64,000 nt of DNA from an uncultured Acidobacteriota bacterium (GCA_963764715.1 CAVXTP010000017.1:1-64000); one strand, 5' to 3'. Positions 1 to 9,403 are shown, counted from the stretch's first letter. Program-made: numbers and translations. The notes: generated by a model not told the origin, from the sequence alone.

Positions 1-22
1 ATCGTCGCCACGAGGCCCTTCT

Positions 23-572
<550 letters not shown>

Positions 573-601
573 TACGTAAGACCTCCTATAGTGATAGGGC
601 C

Positions 602-677
602 GCCTAACGGGTGACGGGTCAGCGGCGAGCCCCGTAGCGAAGCGCAGGGACGAGTCCGCTGCACCCGCGGGTTAGGC
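602..677 (-). repeat. attC site (76 bp)
   Basis: On the minus strand: R'' GCCTAAC, L'' GGTGCAGC, L' GCTGACC, R' GTTAGGC; imperfect palindrome. Confidence 0.93.
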
Positions 678-698
678 CGCCGCACCACCAGCTTGCCC

Positions 699-3131
699 CT
701 ATTCCCTGAGGAGCCTTGCGGCATCCGTGCGGCTTGCGTGCCAAGCCGGCAGGAAGACCGCCAGTCCTATGACGAGGTACATCAGAATCGGCATAACGAC
801 GGCTACAAAGAAGCTGGGGCCGACGCCCGTCGGAAGTGCGGCTTGGAACGCTCGGTACAATGCTACTCCAAACAAAGCGCCGACGCCGATCCCAAGCGTC
901 CCTCGCCAAAGGGCCTCTGCAATGATCTGTTCGCGGATGCGTCTTGGGGACGAGCCGAGAGCAAGCCGAACGGCGAACTCACGTCTGCGGCGAAGCACGC
1001 TGTCGCGAAAGATTGCGAAGACGCCGATGGCTGCGAGTACCGCGGCAATGCAAGCGAAGAAGGTAACCAAGGAAACGGCGAGCAACCGCGATTGCTGCCC
1101 GGCGCTGATGACCTTCGCCAAGGAGCGAATCTCCACGGCAACCTCCGGGTCCTCGTGCTTCACCACAGACCGCATCGAGCCTGCCAGGGACTTCGCCGTA
1201 CCAGCCGACGAAGTCGCCAGTGTCATCGCAGCGGGCGTGTATTCAGGGGAGACGGGGAAGTAGGCTTCGGGCTCCGCTGCAGCATTGAGCCCACGGTGCC
1301 GAACATCGCCCACGACCCCGATGACTTCGAATGGCCCCTCGGAGCCATCATCGAACAATAGCGTTTGACCGACGATGGCTGCCGGCCCCCCCAACCGCTC
1401 AGCGAGCTTTCGGTTGAGGATGGCGACTCGGTACCGCTGCGCGTCCACGGCCTCGAAATCGCGGCCGGCAACGAATTCAATGCCCAGCGTGGCGAAGTAG
1501 TCCGGTGTGACGACTCGACGGTCTGCCAGGAGTGCGTCGGGATCATCCTCGCGCCACGGGGTCCCTTCAGCACGAACGGCAGTTCGCATGTCAGGCGTCA
1601 ACGAGAACGGCAGACTGTTCGTGGCGCCGGCACGGACAACGTTGGGTAACGACCGCAGCTCAGACAGGATCCTCTCGAGCGCATTGAAGCGGCGAGCGAA
1701 GTCCTTGTACCTCGGACCAGTCAGCGAGAGCTGCGCGGTAACGACCTCCTGCGGGTGCAACCCGGACGCCACCGCCATCATTCGGTGGAAAGCCGAGGCG
1801 AGAAAGCCCATTCCAACGAGCAGACCAGTCGCCAGTGCAACTTCGAACACCAACATGAATCGGGACGCAAATGTCGCGTGAGCGCGAGGGATGGCAAGGC
1901 CGCCGTTCCGCAGATCGCCAAGTAGTGAACGCTGGACCGGACTTCTAACGAGTGCGGCGGCGAAAAGCGTCGACACGCAACATGCGAGAAACACGGCGAC
2001 GACCGACCGGAAGCCCAGACCTGAACCGTAGCCGAGCCAGGCCTCCTCTGGAGCCTGCCGGGCAAGCAGGCGAACTATCACGTTCCCGCCGAGGATGCCC
2101 GCCAGACTTCCCAGAATCGCGACCCACAGGTATCTGCCGAGACGCTGGACGTGGAGTGCGTATGGGGGTGCACCGAGTGCCATTCTCACAGCCGTCTGAG
2201 CCAAGTATCGGTCGTCCTCGGCAGCCTGGAGAGTCACGACGTTGAATGCCGCTATCCCCAGTACCATCAGTGCCGCAATCTGAAGCCAAAGAGAGACGGT
2301 CCGGACCTGCTGGAAGAGGTAGTGCTGTATCGGCATCAGGGTGACCGCAGGAGTGGCCGAAGGAGTATCGCCCGTCCGACAGCGCGAAAGCTGGGCTTGG
2401 GCGGAGGCGAGAGCGCGCCCGGGCGCGAGTCTTCCAACAAACTCGAAGATGAGCGCGCCGGTGAACAACTGGTCTGACTGGGGGCCTACGACGCTCCCGA
2501 TCGGTACCCAGAGGTCGGTGTTTCTCGGGAACTCGAACCCGTCGGGCATGACGCCGACAATCGAGAACGGGTACCCGCCGATCGACGCGGACGTGTTGAA
2601 CAGGTCGTCCGAGCGGCCGAGTTGCCTCCACAGCTTGTGCGACACGACGACGACGGGCTCGCGTCGGGACCGCACGTCGGAAGGGCCGAGAGTGCGGCCG
2701 CGTAGAGGCGCTACGCCGAGAATGGAAAAGAAGTCACCGGACACCTGGGTAGCGCCGAGGTGCACGGCCCTGCCCCCGAAGGCAAAATTCACTGTTCCCG
2801 AGACGAAGAAACCCGCCGAGGTCAGGGCCGAGCACTCCCGAAGCCACGGAGCCAACGCTGCCGGCAGATCGCCAATCATCTGGAAGCCGGCGCCTTTCGT
2901 CAGCACCACGAGTCTCTCGGCTTGAGGGAAAGGGAGTGGTCTGAGAAAGACCCTGTCGAAGATCGAAAAGGCGGCCGCGACGCTACCGCTCGCCAGGCCC
3001 AGCCCGAGAATGCAGACGAGGCTCGAGGTGGCTGCGCGCCGCAGTCGGCGCAGAGCGAAGACAAACTCCTTGAACAGGAGTAGGGCGGTCGGCAACTCAG
3101 CGCTCGAAACTGAGGACTTCCCACTCGTCAC
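699..3131 (-). CDS. ADOP/MacB-like duplicated ABC transporter permease (cassette 11)
   Basis: Two FtsX/MacB halves with motifs LRPLPFPQAERLV, VVTPDYFATLG and RRREFAVRLALG; 810 aa; start codon uncertain. Confidence 0.9.
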   Translation of the reverse strand: MTSGKSSVSSAELPTALLLFKEFVFALRRLRRAATSSLVCILGLGLASGSVAAAFSIFDRVFLRPLPFPQAERLVVLTKGAGFQMIGDLPAALAPWLRECSALTSAGFFVSGTVNFAFGGRAVHLGATQVSGDFFSILGVAPLRGRTLGPSDVRSRREPVVVVSHKLWRQLGRSDDLFNTSASIGGYPFSIVGVMPDGFEFPRNTDLWVPIGSVVGPQSDQLFTGALIFEFVGRLAPGRALASAQAQLSRCRTGDTPSATPAVTLMPIQHYLFQQVRTVSLWLQIAALMVLGIAAFNVVTLQAAEDDRYLAQTAVRMALGAPPYALHVQRLGRYLWVAILGSLAGILGGNVIVRLLARQAPEEAWLGYGSGLGFRSVVAVFLACCVSTLFAAALVRSPVQRSLLGDLRNGGLAIPRAHATFASRFMLVFEVALATGLLVGMGFLASAFHRMMAVASGLHPQEVVTAQLSLTGPRYKDFARRFNALERILSELRSLPNVVRAGATNSLPFSLTPDMRTAVRAEGTPWREDDPDALLADRRVVTPDYFATLGIEFVAGRDFEAVDAQRYRVAILNRKLAERLGGPAAIVGQTLLFDDGSEGPFEVIGVVGDVRHRGLNAAAEPEAYFPVSPEYTPAAMTLATSSAGTAKSLAGSMRSVVKHEDPEVAVEIRSLAKVISAGQQSRLLAVSLVTFFACIAAVLAAIGVFAIFRDSVLRRRREFAVRLALGSSPRRIREQIIAEALWRGTLGIGVGALFGVALYRAFQAALPTGVGPSFFVAVVMPILMYLVIGLAVFLPAWHASRTDAARLLRE

Positions 3132-3155
3132 GAGGGACGTCCGCGTTCATCGGCG

Positions 3156-3231
3156 GCCTAACGGGTGGCGGGTCAGCGGCGAGCGCCGAGGCGAAGCCGA
3201 GGAGCGAGTCCGCTGCACCCGCGGGTTAGGC
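3156..3231 (-). repeat. attC site (76 bp)
   Basis: Same box structure as the other copies; the cassette stop TAA lies in R''. Confidence 0.93.
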
Positions 3232-3609
3232 GCCGGCATTCTGGGTTGCACTTGACAACACCTCTCCTTTAGCGCGTCTGACCCGAAACCGGACGAAGAG
3301 GCCGACCAGGGGCGGAACTGCCGCTGCCACGAGCATGTTCCAGTGCGGGTCGCCAAAGCAGACCAGCACGTTTCGGCCAGCTGGCACCTTCCGCGACAGC
3401 ACCGGAAGGGCAGCACGCACCAACATGAACGGAAGGGCGGCGCCCACGAGAAGCAAGATCGACCACCACAACGCCCTGCTCCACGTTGGTCCTCGCCAAC
3501 GGACGAGGAGATAGCCGGCGCCGCCAACGGCAAGGCACGACGCTATCGTGGCGACAACCAGCACGACTGGCGAGAGAGCGACGTGGACCCAATGCGCCGG
3601 GAACGACAT
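3226..3609 (-). CDS. Hypothetical membrane protein (cassette 10)
   Basis: ORF fills the space between two attC sites; about 3 hydrophobic segments; stops inside R''. Confidence 0.7.
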   Translation of the reverse strand: MSFPAHWVHVALSPVVLVVATIASCLAVGGAGYLLVRWRGPTWSRALWWSILLLVGAALPFMLVRAALPVLSRKVPAGRNVLVCFGDPHWNMLVAAAVPPLVGLFVRFRVRRAKGEVLSSATQNAGA

Positions 3610-3622
3610 CAGTGTTCCGCGC

Positions 3623-3698
3623 GCCTAACGGGTGGCGGGTCAGCGGCGAGCTCCGAGGCGAAGCCGAGGAGCGAGTCCGCTGCACCCGCGGGTTAGGC
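3623..3698 (-). repeat. attC site (76 bp)
   Basis: Conserved boxes and palindrome. Confidence 0.93.
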
Positions 3699-3711
3699 GG
3701 CGTCAACTCGC

Positions 3712-3996
3712 TCATGCCCTTCGCGCCTGAGCCATGAACCGGAGCATCCCAACGACCTGTCCGTCCGCAACATCCGCACGCTCCTGAGCTGTCTGTGCAT
3801 TGGCCAACGCGTCGATACAGTCGAGCGACACTCGGAGGAGATACCTTAAGCCACGGACTTCCTCCGCGAGCTGGAGCGTTTCGCCATCACCACTTCGCGA
3901 GGACCGATCTCGAATGGTCGCTATCTCCGCGTTCGTCAGCGGCGACGCACCAAACTCGTCGAGCCACTCCTGGTACTCGCGGTCTTCGGCCATCAT
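3712..3996 (-). CDS. Hypothetical protein, 94 aa (cassette 9)
   Basis: ATG preceded by GGGAG just after attC; begins MMAEDREYQEWLDEFG; 3' part of the listed 273-aa ORF. Confidence 0.7.
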   Translation of the reverse strand: MMAEDREYQEWLDEFGASPLTNAEIATIRDRSSRSGDGETLQLAEEVRGLRYLLRVSLDCIDALANAQTAQERADVADGQVVGMLRFMAQARRA

Positions 3997-4016
3997 GCGG
4001 AACTCCCATTTGCGGC

Positions 4017-4091
4017 GCCTAACGGGTGGCGGGTCAGCGGCGAGCCCGGAGCGAAGCGCAGGGGCGAGTCCGCTGCACCCGCGGGTTAGGC
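4017..4091 (-). repeat. attC site (75 bp)
   Basis: Conserved boxes and palindrome. Confidence 0.93.
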
Positions 4092-4526
4092 GGCCGCACC
4101 GTACCTCCAAGTAGACGGGATCAGAAACCAGAATGACAGACCGACTGCGGATCCACAGCACATCATGAAGCCTATGAACTCCCAGCCCGGCTGGGGCACT
4201 AGAAACAGCCCCCACGCTACCGCTACTGCTGCCCCGACGACCGCTGCTAGCCACGTCGAGGTCAGCCTGTAGCGGCGGAGGACCAGGAAAATGGGAACGA
4301 CGATTGCCATCCCGATGTAGGCGCCGGGGATTCCGTACGCCGAATGGAACAGGATCGATTCGACCGAGCGCCTTAGGCTCCCAGGAGGTCTCATGGACGC
4401 TGGCTGAGGCGCAATAGCCGACTCTGCCGCGAAGATGACCTCCACAACGACGCTTGTGGGCACGATGGCAAGCGGGGCCAAGAGGACCGCGCGCAGTAGC
4501 CCTAGTCTCTCTGCAGATCTGCTCAC
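4086..4526 (-). CDS. Hypothetical membrane protein (second ORF of cassette 8)
   Basis: About 4 hydrophobic segments; stops inside R'' of attC. Confidence 0.65.
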   Translation of the reverse strand: MSRSAERLGLLRAVLLAPLAIVPTSVVVEVIFAAESAIAPQPASMRPPGSLRRSVESILFHSAYGIPGAYIGMAIVVPIFLVLRRYRLTSTWLAAVVGAAVAVAWGLFLVPQPGWEFIGFMMCCGSAVGLSFWFLIPSTWRYGAAA

Positions 4527-4560
4527 CGGACACTTCCGCGATAGAGCGGCTTCGGCCCTA

Positions 4561-5295
4561 TCAAGGCAGCATTCCCCCGCTGATAGTCAATCCGCCGTCG
4601 TGACGCACCGTAGGCATGACCCCCCAGAATCGCCCATTTCCACCCACCTTGGTCACGATCACTTGCCCGTCCGTGAGTGTCATGACACCAGCCAACTGAA
4701 CAACGTCGTACAGCAGCACCGTGTGTCGATACTCAAGCGAGACGAAACTGGACCCTACGGTTACGCCGGTTCCGTCCAGTACATCGATCCTTAACGTCAC
4801 TGGCTCGCCATCGAACACCCCGACCTCGCCAATGTTTGCCAAGAGAAGGTTTGATCGTCCCTTCTGACCCGACTGTGCTCCCGGGAAGAAGAGACGGTTT
4901 GGGTTCAAATACAAGAGTGCAGAGACGCGGAAGACAGGCAAATCGGCGGACCGGCATGAGTTGTCGAACGCGCGACCGGCCACCGCCGGGAGTGACGCCC
5001 CGCTGCTCACGACGTAGCCAACACCGACAAACGAGTCTGGATAGGGCGGCGGCATCAGTGCAGTTCCGAAGGGAGCAATGTCGGCGAAATTGTGACATGC
5101 AGTGAGGGGCGGGCAAATCTGATCCGGGGCAAATGACACCATGACTGTAGTCGGAGCCGACTCGGTGCTGGAAACCGTGAGTTCGCTATTCCACGATCCG
5201 ACTTGGCCCAAACCAAACACCAGTAAGGAGTCCGCAGCGGCGCTCGAGGCAAGTAGTCCGACAGACAACACCAGAATGTTCACTCTACTTTTCAT
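4561..5295 (-). CDS. Secreted hypothetical protein (first ORF of cassette 8)
   Basis: GGAG RBS, then signal peptide MKSRVNILVLSVGLLASSAAA; beta-strand-rich body. Confidence 0.75.
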   Translation of the reverse strand: MKSRVNILVLSVGLLASSAAADSLLVFGLGQVGSWNSELTVSSTESAPTTVMVSFAPDQICPPLTACHNFADIAPFGTALMPPPYPDSFVGVGYVVSSGASLPAVAGRAFDNSCRSADLPVFRVSALLYLNPNRLFFPGAQSGQKGRSNLLLANIGEVGVFDGEPVTLRIDVLDGTGVTVGSSFVSLEYRHTVLLYDVVQLAGVMTLTDGQVIVTKVGGNGRFWGVMPTVRHDGGLTISGGMLP

Positions 5296-5324
5296 ATCCG
5301 CTCCATGCTGTAGGGCCAAGGGCC

Positions 5325-5400
5325 GCCTAACGGGTGGCGGGTCAGCGGCGAGCCCCGAAGCGGAGCGCAGGGGCGAGTCCGCTGCACCCGCGTGTTAGGC
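5325..5400 (-). repeat. attC site (76 bp)
   Basis: Conserved boxes and palindrome. Confidence 0.93.
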
Positions 5401-5431
5401 GACCGCAGCTTTACCCGCCACCTTCTGCTCT

Positions 5432-6295
5432 TCACCGGGCACCCTCTGCGGATACGGACCGATTCGCTTCCAGATAGTCGTTGATAAACCTGTCCGTAAT
5501 CAGGGCGGGTACGCGAGCCATCGCCCTGTCTTCCGCTGAAATCGCCCAGCCGTACCACCATGTCACGGCGGACACTTTGACACGCTGATCTCTGTCGAGC
5601 CAGACATCCTGACGAAGTTCGAGGTCGACCCGATCTTCTTGGTCAGCGACGATCACTACCAGCACCGGGTGACCGGGAGATTCGCCGTCGTAGGGAAGAA
5701 TAGGAATCCCGGCCTTCTGCAGGCTTGCCTTGACCGAGGCCTCAAACCCAGGTGGGGGAAGGTCATCACCCGAGTCTTGATGTGACGCGCTGACCGCCAC
5801 GCCGCGTAGGCCCCGCAAACTTCCCGGAGGCTGCTTGATCAAAAGAGGGAGGTCTACCTGCTGACTCCGACCGCTCCGGAAGCGAAAGACACCTTCCAGG
5901 TGGTCTTTCCATATGAGTCCATAGAACGAACTCGCATGCTCCGAGTCACTGGTGATCTCGAAGCGAAGGTCAGCATATAGATCGACACCCAACCCGTCCA
6001 TCGCAACCGGCCCGCGTCCCGGTTCCATCTCTACACCGTGCGCTTGGACTGCTGGCGCTACCTTATCCGGCCCGTCCCCGAAACGTACCGACGCCTGATA
6101 GCCACACTCAGCGGGTCCGATGCGGATGGCAATGCCGGTGAGCCCCTGTTGGCTTGGGTCGTATTGGAGATCGCTAAACTCTTGGACAATGGGAAGAGGT
6201 TCACGCGAAAAGGCCTCAAGTCCAAGCTCGCTAGCCGAAGCGGCGCACCCAACAATGGAGCCAAATGCGACGACAAGGCGATTCGGCTCTCTCAC
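5432..6295 (-). CDS. Hypothetical, probably exported protein (cassette 7)
   Basis: 287-aa ORF filling the cassette; hydrophobic N-terminus. Confidence 0.75.
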   Translation of the reverse strand: MREPNRLVVAFGSIVGCAASASELGLEAFSREPLPIVQEFSDLQYDPSQQGLTGIAIRIGPAECGYQASVRFGDGPDKVAPAVQAHGVEMEPGRGPVAMDGLGVDLYADLRFEITSDSEHASSFYGLIWKDHLEGVFRFRSGRSQQVDLPLLIKQPPGSLRGLRGVAVSASHQDSGDDLPPPGFEASVKASLQKAGIPILPYDGESPGHPVLVVIVADQEDRVDLELRQDVWLDRDQRVKVSAVTWWYGWAISAEDRAMARVPALITDRFINDYLEANRSVSAEGAR

Positions 6296-6308
6296 ACTAC
6301 GCCTACGC

Positions 6309-6348
6309 GCCTAACGGGTGGCGAGTCCGCTGCACCCGCGGGTTAGGC
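6309..6348 (-). repeat. Internally deleted attC (40 bp)
   Basis: Plus strand gcctaacgggtggcg|agtccgctgcacccgcgggttaggc; about 36 bp including L' and the central stem are missing. Confidence 0.9.
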
Positions 6349-6358
6349 GGCTGCATCC

Positions 6359-6823
6359 TCATTGGCCAGCGTACTCAACTGGGCCAGTGTGGCCAATTTC
6401 CAACCAGTCGTGCGGCGCCTTGCGCTGAACGATAAAGAAGTAGACCCGAATAGGTTTCCTCAGCTTCGAGTTGTTCCAGACGTGAGAAATTGCATAGTTC
6501 ACCGGCACCGATCCTGTCGCCGACGGCAGTCGCGTTTCCTGGGCAAAGCTGTCGTAGTGATTGAAGGATTTGAACTTGTCTCCCGACGTTTCATCGGTCT
6601 GCCGAAATTGGATGCTGAGGTAGTACTGCACTGCCGGGTCGAAGTCCTCGATCCGATATGACACAACGGCGCGAAGCGTGGTCCGTCCGTCGACTTCCGA
6701 CAATGGCGCGGGCTCGACGGTCGCGACGGACACCACAGCGTGCGACTTGGTAGCCGCTGCCGGTGTCGCGCTCGAGCACGCCACTGACACCGCTATCAGA
6801 CAAGCCGAAAGCGCGCTCCGCAG
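6359..6823 (-). CDS. Putative lipoprotein (cassette 6); start codon uncertain
   Basis: Lipobox-like signal LRSALSACLIAVSVAC. No in-frame ATG/GTG between attC and the signal peptide; CTG at 6823 used. Confidence 0.65.
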   Translation of the reverse strand: MRSALSACLIAVSVACSSATPAAATKSHAVVSVATVEPAPLSEVDGRTTLRAVVSYRIEDFDPAVQYYLSIQFRQTDETSGDKFKSFNHYDSFAQETRLPSATGSVPVNYAISHVWNNSKLRKPIRVYFFIVQRKAPHDWLEIGHTGPVEYAGQ

Positions 6824-6844
6824 ACCGCCGCCATTAAGACGGCC

Positions 6845-6920
6845 GCCTAACGGGTGGCGGGTCAGCGGCTCGTGAGGCGCCGAAGGCGCCGAACGAGTCC
6901 GCTGCACCCGCGGGTTAGGC
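6845..6920 (-). repeat. attC site (76 bp)
   Basis: Conserved boxes; variant central stem. Confidence 0.93.
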
Positions 6921-7286
6921 CGCACGACGCTTCCTTCCCTTCGCAAACATCGCCATGCTCCAAACCCCTAGACCTGCCAGGCCAAGAGAAAAGGGGATCG
7001 CAACTCGTGCGCCGCCCATGTCTTCGGTACCAAGCAGAGCTGCGGCGATCGCGTAGAGAAAAAGTAACAAGCCAGCAAGAAGGCTCAGGATCCGCGACAT
7101 GGGCCACTGCATGAGGTGACTAGCGCCGAGCAACGCGCTGAATACGCCCGCCACGGCGACGATCACGGTTGCGGTATGGCTCGAGGGAGGGAAGTCAGAC
7201 CGCCAGAGGATGGCGCCGAGACACGCGGCGCCGATCGACATCCACACGAAGGAGTAGCCCCGATCGCCCCAACTTTTGCTCAGCAC
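6915..7286 (-). CDS. Hypothetical membrane protein (cassette 5)
   Basis: 4 hydrophobic segments; stops inside R''. Confidence 0.75.
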   Translation of the reverse strand: MLSKSWGDRGYSFVWMSIGAACLGAILWRSDFPPSSHTATVIVAVAGVFSALLGASHLMQWPMSRILSLLAGLLLFLYAIAAALLGTEDMGGARVAIPFSLGLAGLGVWSMAMFAKGRKRRAA

Positions 7287-7303
7287 CCCTGCCCCTTCAT
7301 GCG

Positions 7304-7379
7304 GCCTAACGGGTGGCGGGTCAGCGGCGAGTGACGAGCCGAAGGCGAGGAACGAGTCCGCTGCACCCGCGGGTTAGGC
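7304..7379 (-). repeat. attC site (76 bp)
   Basis: Conserved boxes and palindrome. Confidence 0.93.
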
Positions 7380-7391
7380 GGCACACCGTTG

Positions 7392-7757
7392 CTAGAGATA
7401 CGCCTGGTTGCCATAGGTCACGTCAACGCCGATCCTCTCCGCATCTACCATCACGTGAAGGTTCACTGGCTTCTTGCTAATCACGAAGGTGACTGACTTC
7501 CTGAAGTTACGCCCTGGCACATCAACGGTGAGCACGTGCTGGCCATCAGGGAATCCCAACTGCTGATCGATGACGATGGCGGGTGCGTAGTCGACCGTCC
7601 CGAGTTGGCCGCTGTAGATCACTCGATCGTCGACCGCGATGCGAATCCGCTCGGTCATCTGGGTCTGATTCCATACGACGAGATTCTGATAGTGGACTTG
7701 AGAGCAGCAGCTAACAACGTCAAGGAAGGAGAGTAAGAGTCCGGTGCCGAGCCTCAT
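7392..7757 (-). CDS. Putative exported protein or lipoprotein, 121 aa (cassette 4)
   Basis: ATG 15 nt after attC; begins MRLGTGLLLSFLDVVSCC; beta-rich body. Confidence 0.7.
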   Translation of the reverse strand: MRLGTGLLLSFLDVVSCCSQVHYQNLVVWNQTQMTERIRIAVDDRVIYSGQLGTVDYAPAIVIDQQLGFPDGQHVLTVDVPGRNFRKSVTFVISKKPVNLHVMVDAERIGVDVTYGNQAYL

Positions 7758-7772
7758 CGCTACTTCGCTGCC

Positions 7773-7848
7773 GCCTAACGGGTGGCGGGTCAGCGGCGCG
7801 TGAAGAGCCGAAGGCGATGAACGCGTCCGCTGCACCCGCGGGTTAGGC
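7773..7848 (-). repeat. attC site (76 bp)
   Basis: Conserved boxes and palindrome. Confidence 0.93.
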
Positions 7849-7863
7849 GGCCACGCCTTCACG

Positions 7864-8160
7864 TCAGACATTCGTTTCCCTGGTACTTGAACCAGATCGA
7901 AGTCTCGAGAGGGCCCATGCGACGGCGGAAAACAATAGGAACCAGAACAGGACGTGTGATCCAAAGAATAGCGCCCATACACCGGCTCCGTTGCTCGGCA
8001 ACTTGAGAATTTTGTTGAGAGCACCCGCGATGTAGGCGCCAGGCAGAATCGCGAACGTGAAACGCGGCGTGGGGTTCCAGGCAAGGAGAAAGGTCACGTA
8101 TCCGACAAAGAGCGACAGCAGGAGACAGACAGCGAGAACGATCCCTCGTCTGGTTCTCAT
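7864..8160 (-). CDS. Small membrane protein (cassette 3)
   Basis: 98 aa, 2-3 hydrophobic segments, fills the cassette. Confidence 0.75.
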   Translation of the reverse strand: MRTRRGIVLAVCLLLSLFVGYVTFLLAWNPTPRFTFAILPGAYIAGALNKILKLPSNGAGVWALFFGSHVLFWFLLFSAVAWALSRLRSGSSTRETNV

Positions 8161-8183
8161 GGCCGGTCGCCTGTTTCGGGTCC

Positions 8184-8259
8184 GCCTAACGGGTGGCGGG
8201 TCAGCGGCGAGCCCCGAAGCGAAGCGCAGGGGCGAGTCCGCTGCACCCGCGGGTTAGGC
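8184..8259 (-). repeat. attC site (76 bp)
   Basis: Conserved boxes and palindrome. Confidence 0.93.
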
Positions 8260-8283
8260 GGCGTAGCCACGGCCCAAATCGCG

Positions 8284-8775
8284 CTAGTCACCTTGCTGGT
8301 ACCACCGGAATCGCTTGCCATCCCAGTAGATTAAGGCGCTTGCTTGCTCACTGGCCATGATTAGCAGGGCGTCCCCTCGCAGTCTCGGAGGAGGCCCCTC
8401 TTCCACTCCTTGGCCTACTGGCCCCCTCGAAACCACCGACCAGACGTCCATCCAGGAGAAGTCGTCACCATGCGTGCCGAACGGCGCTCCTGCCCCGATA
8501 ACCGTTACGCGGGAGGCCCCGCGAAGAAGAATCAGAATCCCGGCCTTGCCGTGCTGCCGATTCGTCGCAAGGACGGCAAGGTCTAGCTTCCCGTCGCCGT
8601 TGAAGTCGCCCTGCAGGTAGTACGGATTCAAGCGGTTCGACACGGCGAGCGATTTCTCGCTCTCGAGCGCCTCCAGCCTCTTCCGTGACCAGTCAGGGAG
8701 ATTCCATTGCCACAAGGGCGGATCTGGCTCGGACCCGAGCCGAAGCAGGCAGAGTACGGTCAGTATCGTCGTCAT
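8284..8775 (-). CDS. Exported protein with an FG-GAP/VCBS-like Ca-binding motif (cassette 2)
   Basis: GDFNGDGKLDLAVL motif; short hydrophobic N-terminus. Confidence 0.8.
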   Translation of the reverse strand: MTTILTVLCLLRLGSEPDPPLWQWNLPDWSRKRLEALESEKSLAVSNRLNPYYLQGDFNGDGKLDLAVLATNRQHGKAGILILLRGASRVTVIGAGAPFGTHGDDFSWMDVWSVVSRGPVGQGVEEGPPPRLRGDALLIMASEQASALIYWDGKRFRWYQQGD

Positions 8776-8796
8776 GCTCGAGGCATCTCAACGTCC

Positions 8797-8872
8797 GCCT
8801 AACGGGTGGCGGGTCAGCGGCGAGCTCCGAGCCGAAGGCGAGGAGCGAGTCCGCTGCACCCGCGGGTTAGGC
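8797..8872 (-). repeat. attC site (76 bp)
   Basis: Conserved boxes and palindrome. Confidence 0.93.
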
Positions 8873-8879
8873 GGCACCT

Positions 8880-9329
8880 TCAACGCCTCGACAGCTGACG
8901 CGCAAGTTTAGTCGCCTGCGCCTCCGAGAAGACGCCCTCGATATCGACGATCTCATCGGTTGGAGGATCCTTGATGACAGGATCCGCTATGACTTCTCCC
9001 TCTACGACGATGGCAAGCGTCTCGCCTAGATTGCCCGCGCAGAGAGTGCGCATCTTTTGTAGGCCGCGGGGCGTGAGGTACATCCGGACCGTTGACTCGC
9101 CATGAGGACCCTTTCTAACCTCCACACTTCCGATGTCCCGGTCATCGAGCTCAACCCGTTTCCTTAAGTACACCGTCTCTTCCTTGCCAACGACCCGAGC
9201 AGCATAGAGACCCTTTCCAGGCTGCCTTTTCGCCAAGTGAAACTCCACGGGGCGGGCCTGCTGCGTTGCCGCCTGAATAGCCGGGGTCAACAGGAGCGTC
9301 AGAGCCACAACTTGCCGGAACGCTGCCAT
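8880..9329 (-). CDS. Stand-alone SecDF P1 head-subdomain-like exported protein (cassette 1)
   Basis: Signal peptide; NLGETLAIVVEGEVIADPVI...IEGVFSEAQATKLA resembles the SecD P1 head; frame stays open upstream to ATG 9392. Confidence 0.75.
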   Translation of the reverse strand: MAAFRQVVALTLLLTPAIQAATQQARPVEFHLAKRQPGKGLYAARVVGKEETVYLRKRVELDDRDIGSVEVRKGPHGESTVRMYLTPRGLQKMRTLCAGNLGETLAIVVEGEVIADPVIKDPPTDEIVDIEGVFSEAQATKLARQLSRR

Positions 9330-9332
9330 GCC

Positions 9333-9351
9333 GCCTAACGCTCGCATAGGC
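9333..9351 (-). other. attI simple site
   Basis: Minus strand GCCTATG-CGAGC-GTTAGGC, i.e. L box, 5-bp spacer and R box. It has no attC hairpin and directly precedes the first cassette. Confidence 0.75.
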
Positions 9352-9403
9352 TGTAACTTCGACTTCCTAAGCAATCCTGTCACTTCCCGCATCTTGCCGC
9401 TTC

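Noticed and set aside
602-8872. Regular repeats read as a CRISPR array
   Set aside because: Repeats are 76 bp with attC boxes, the spacers are whole genes of 0.3-2.5 kb, and no cas genes are present.
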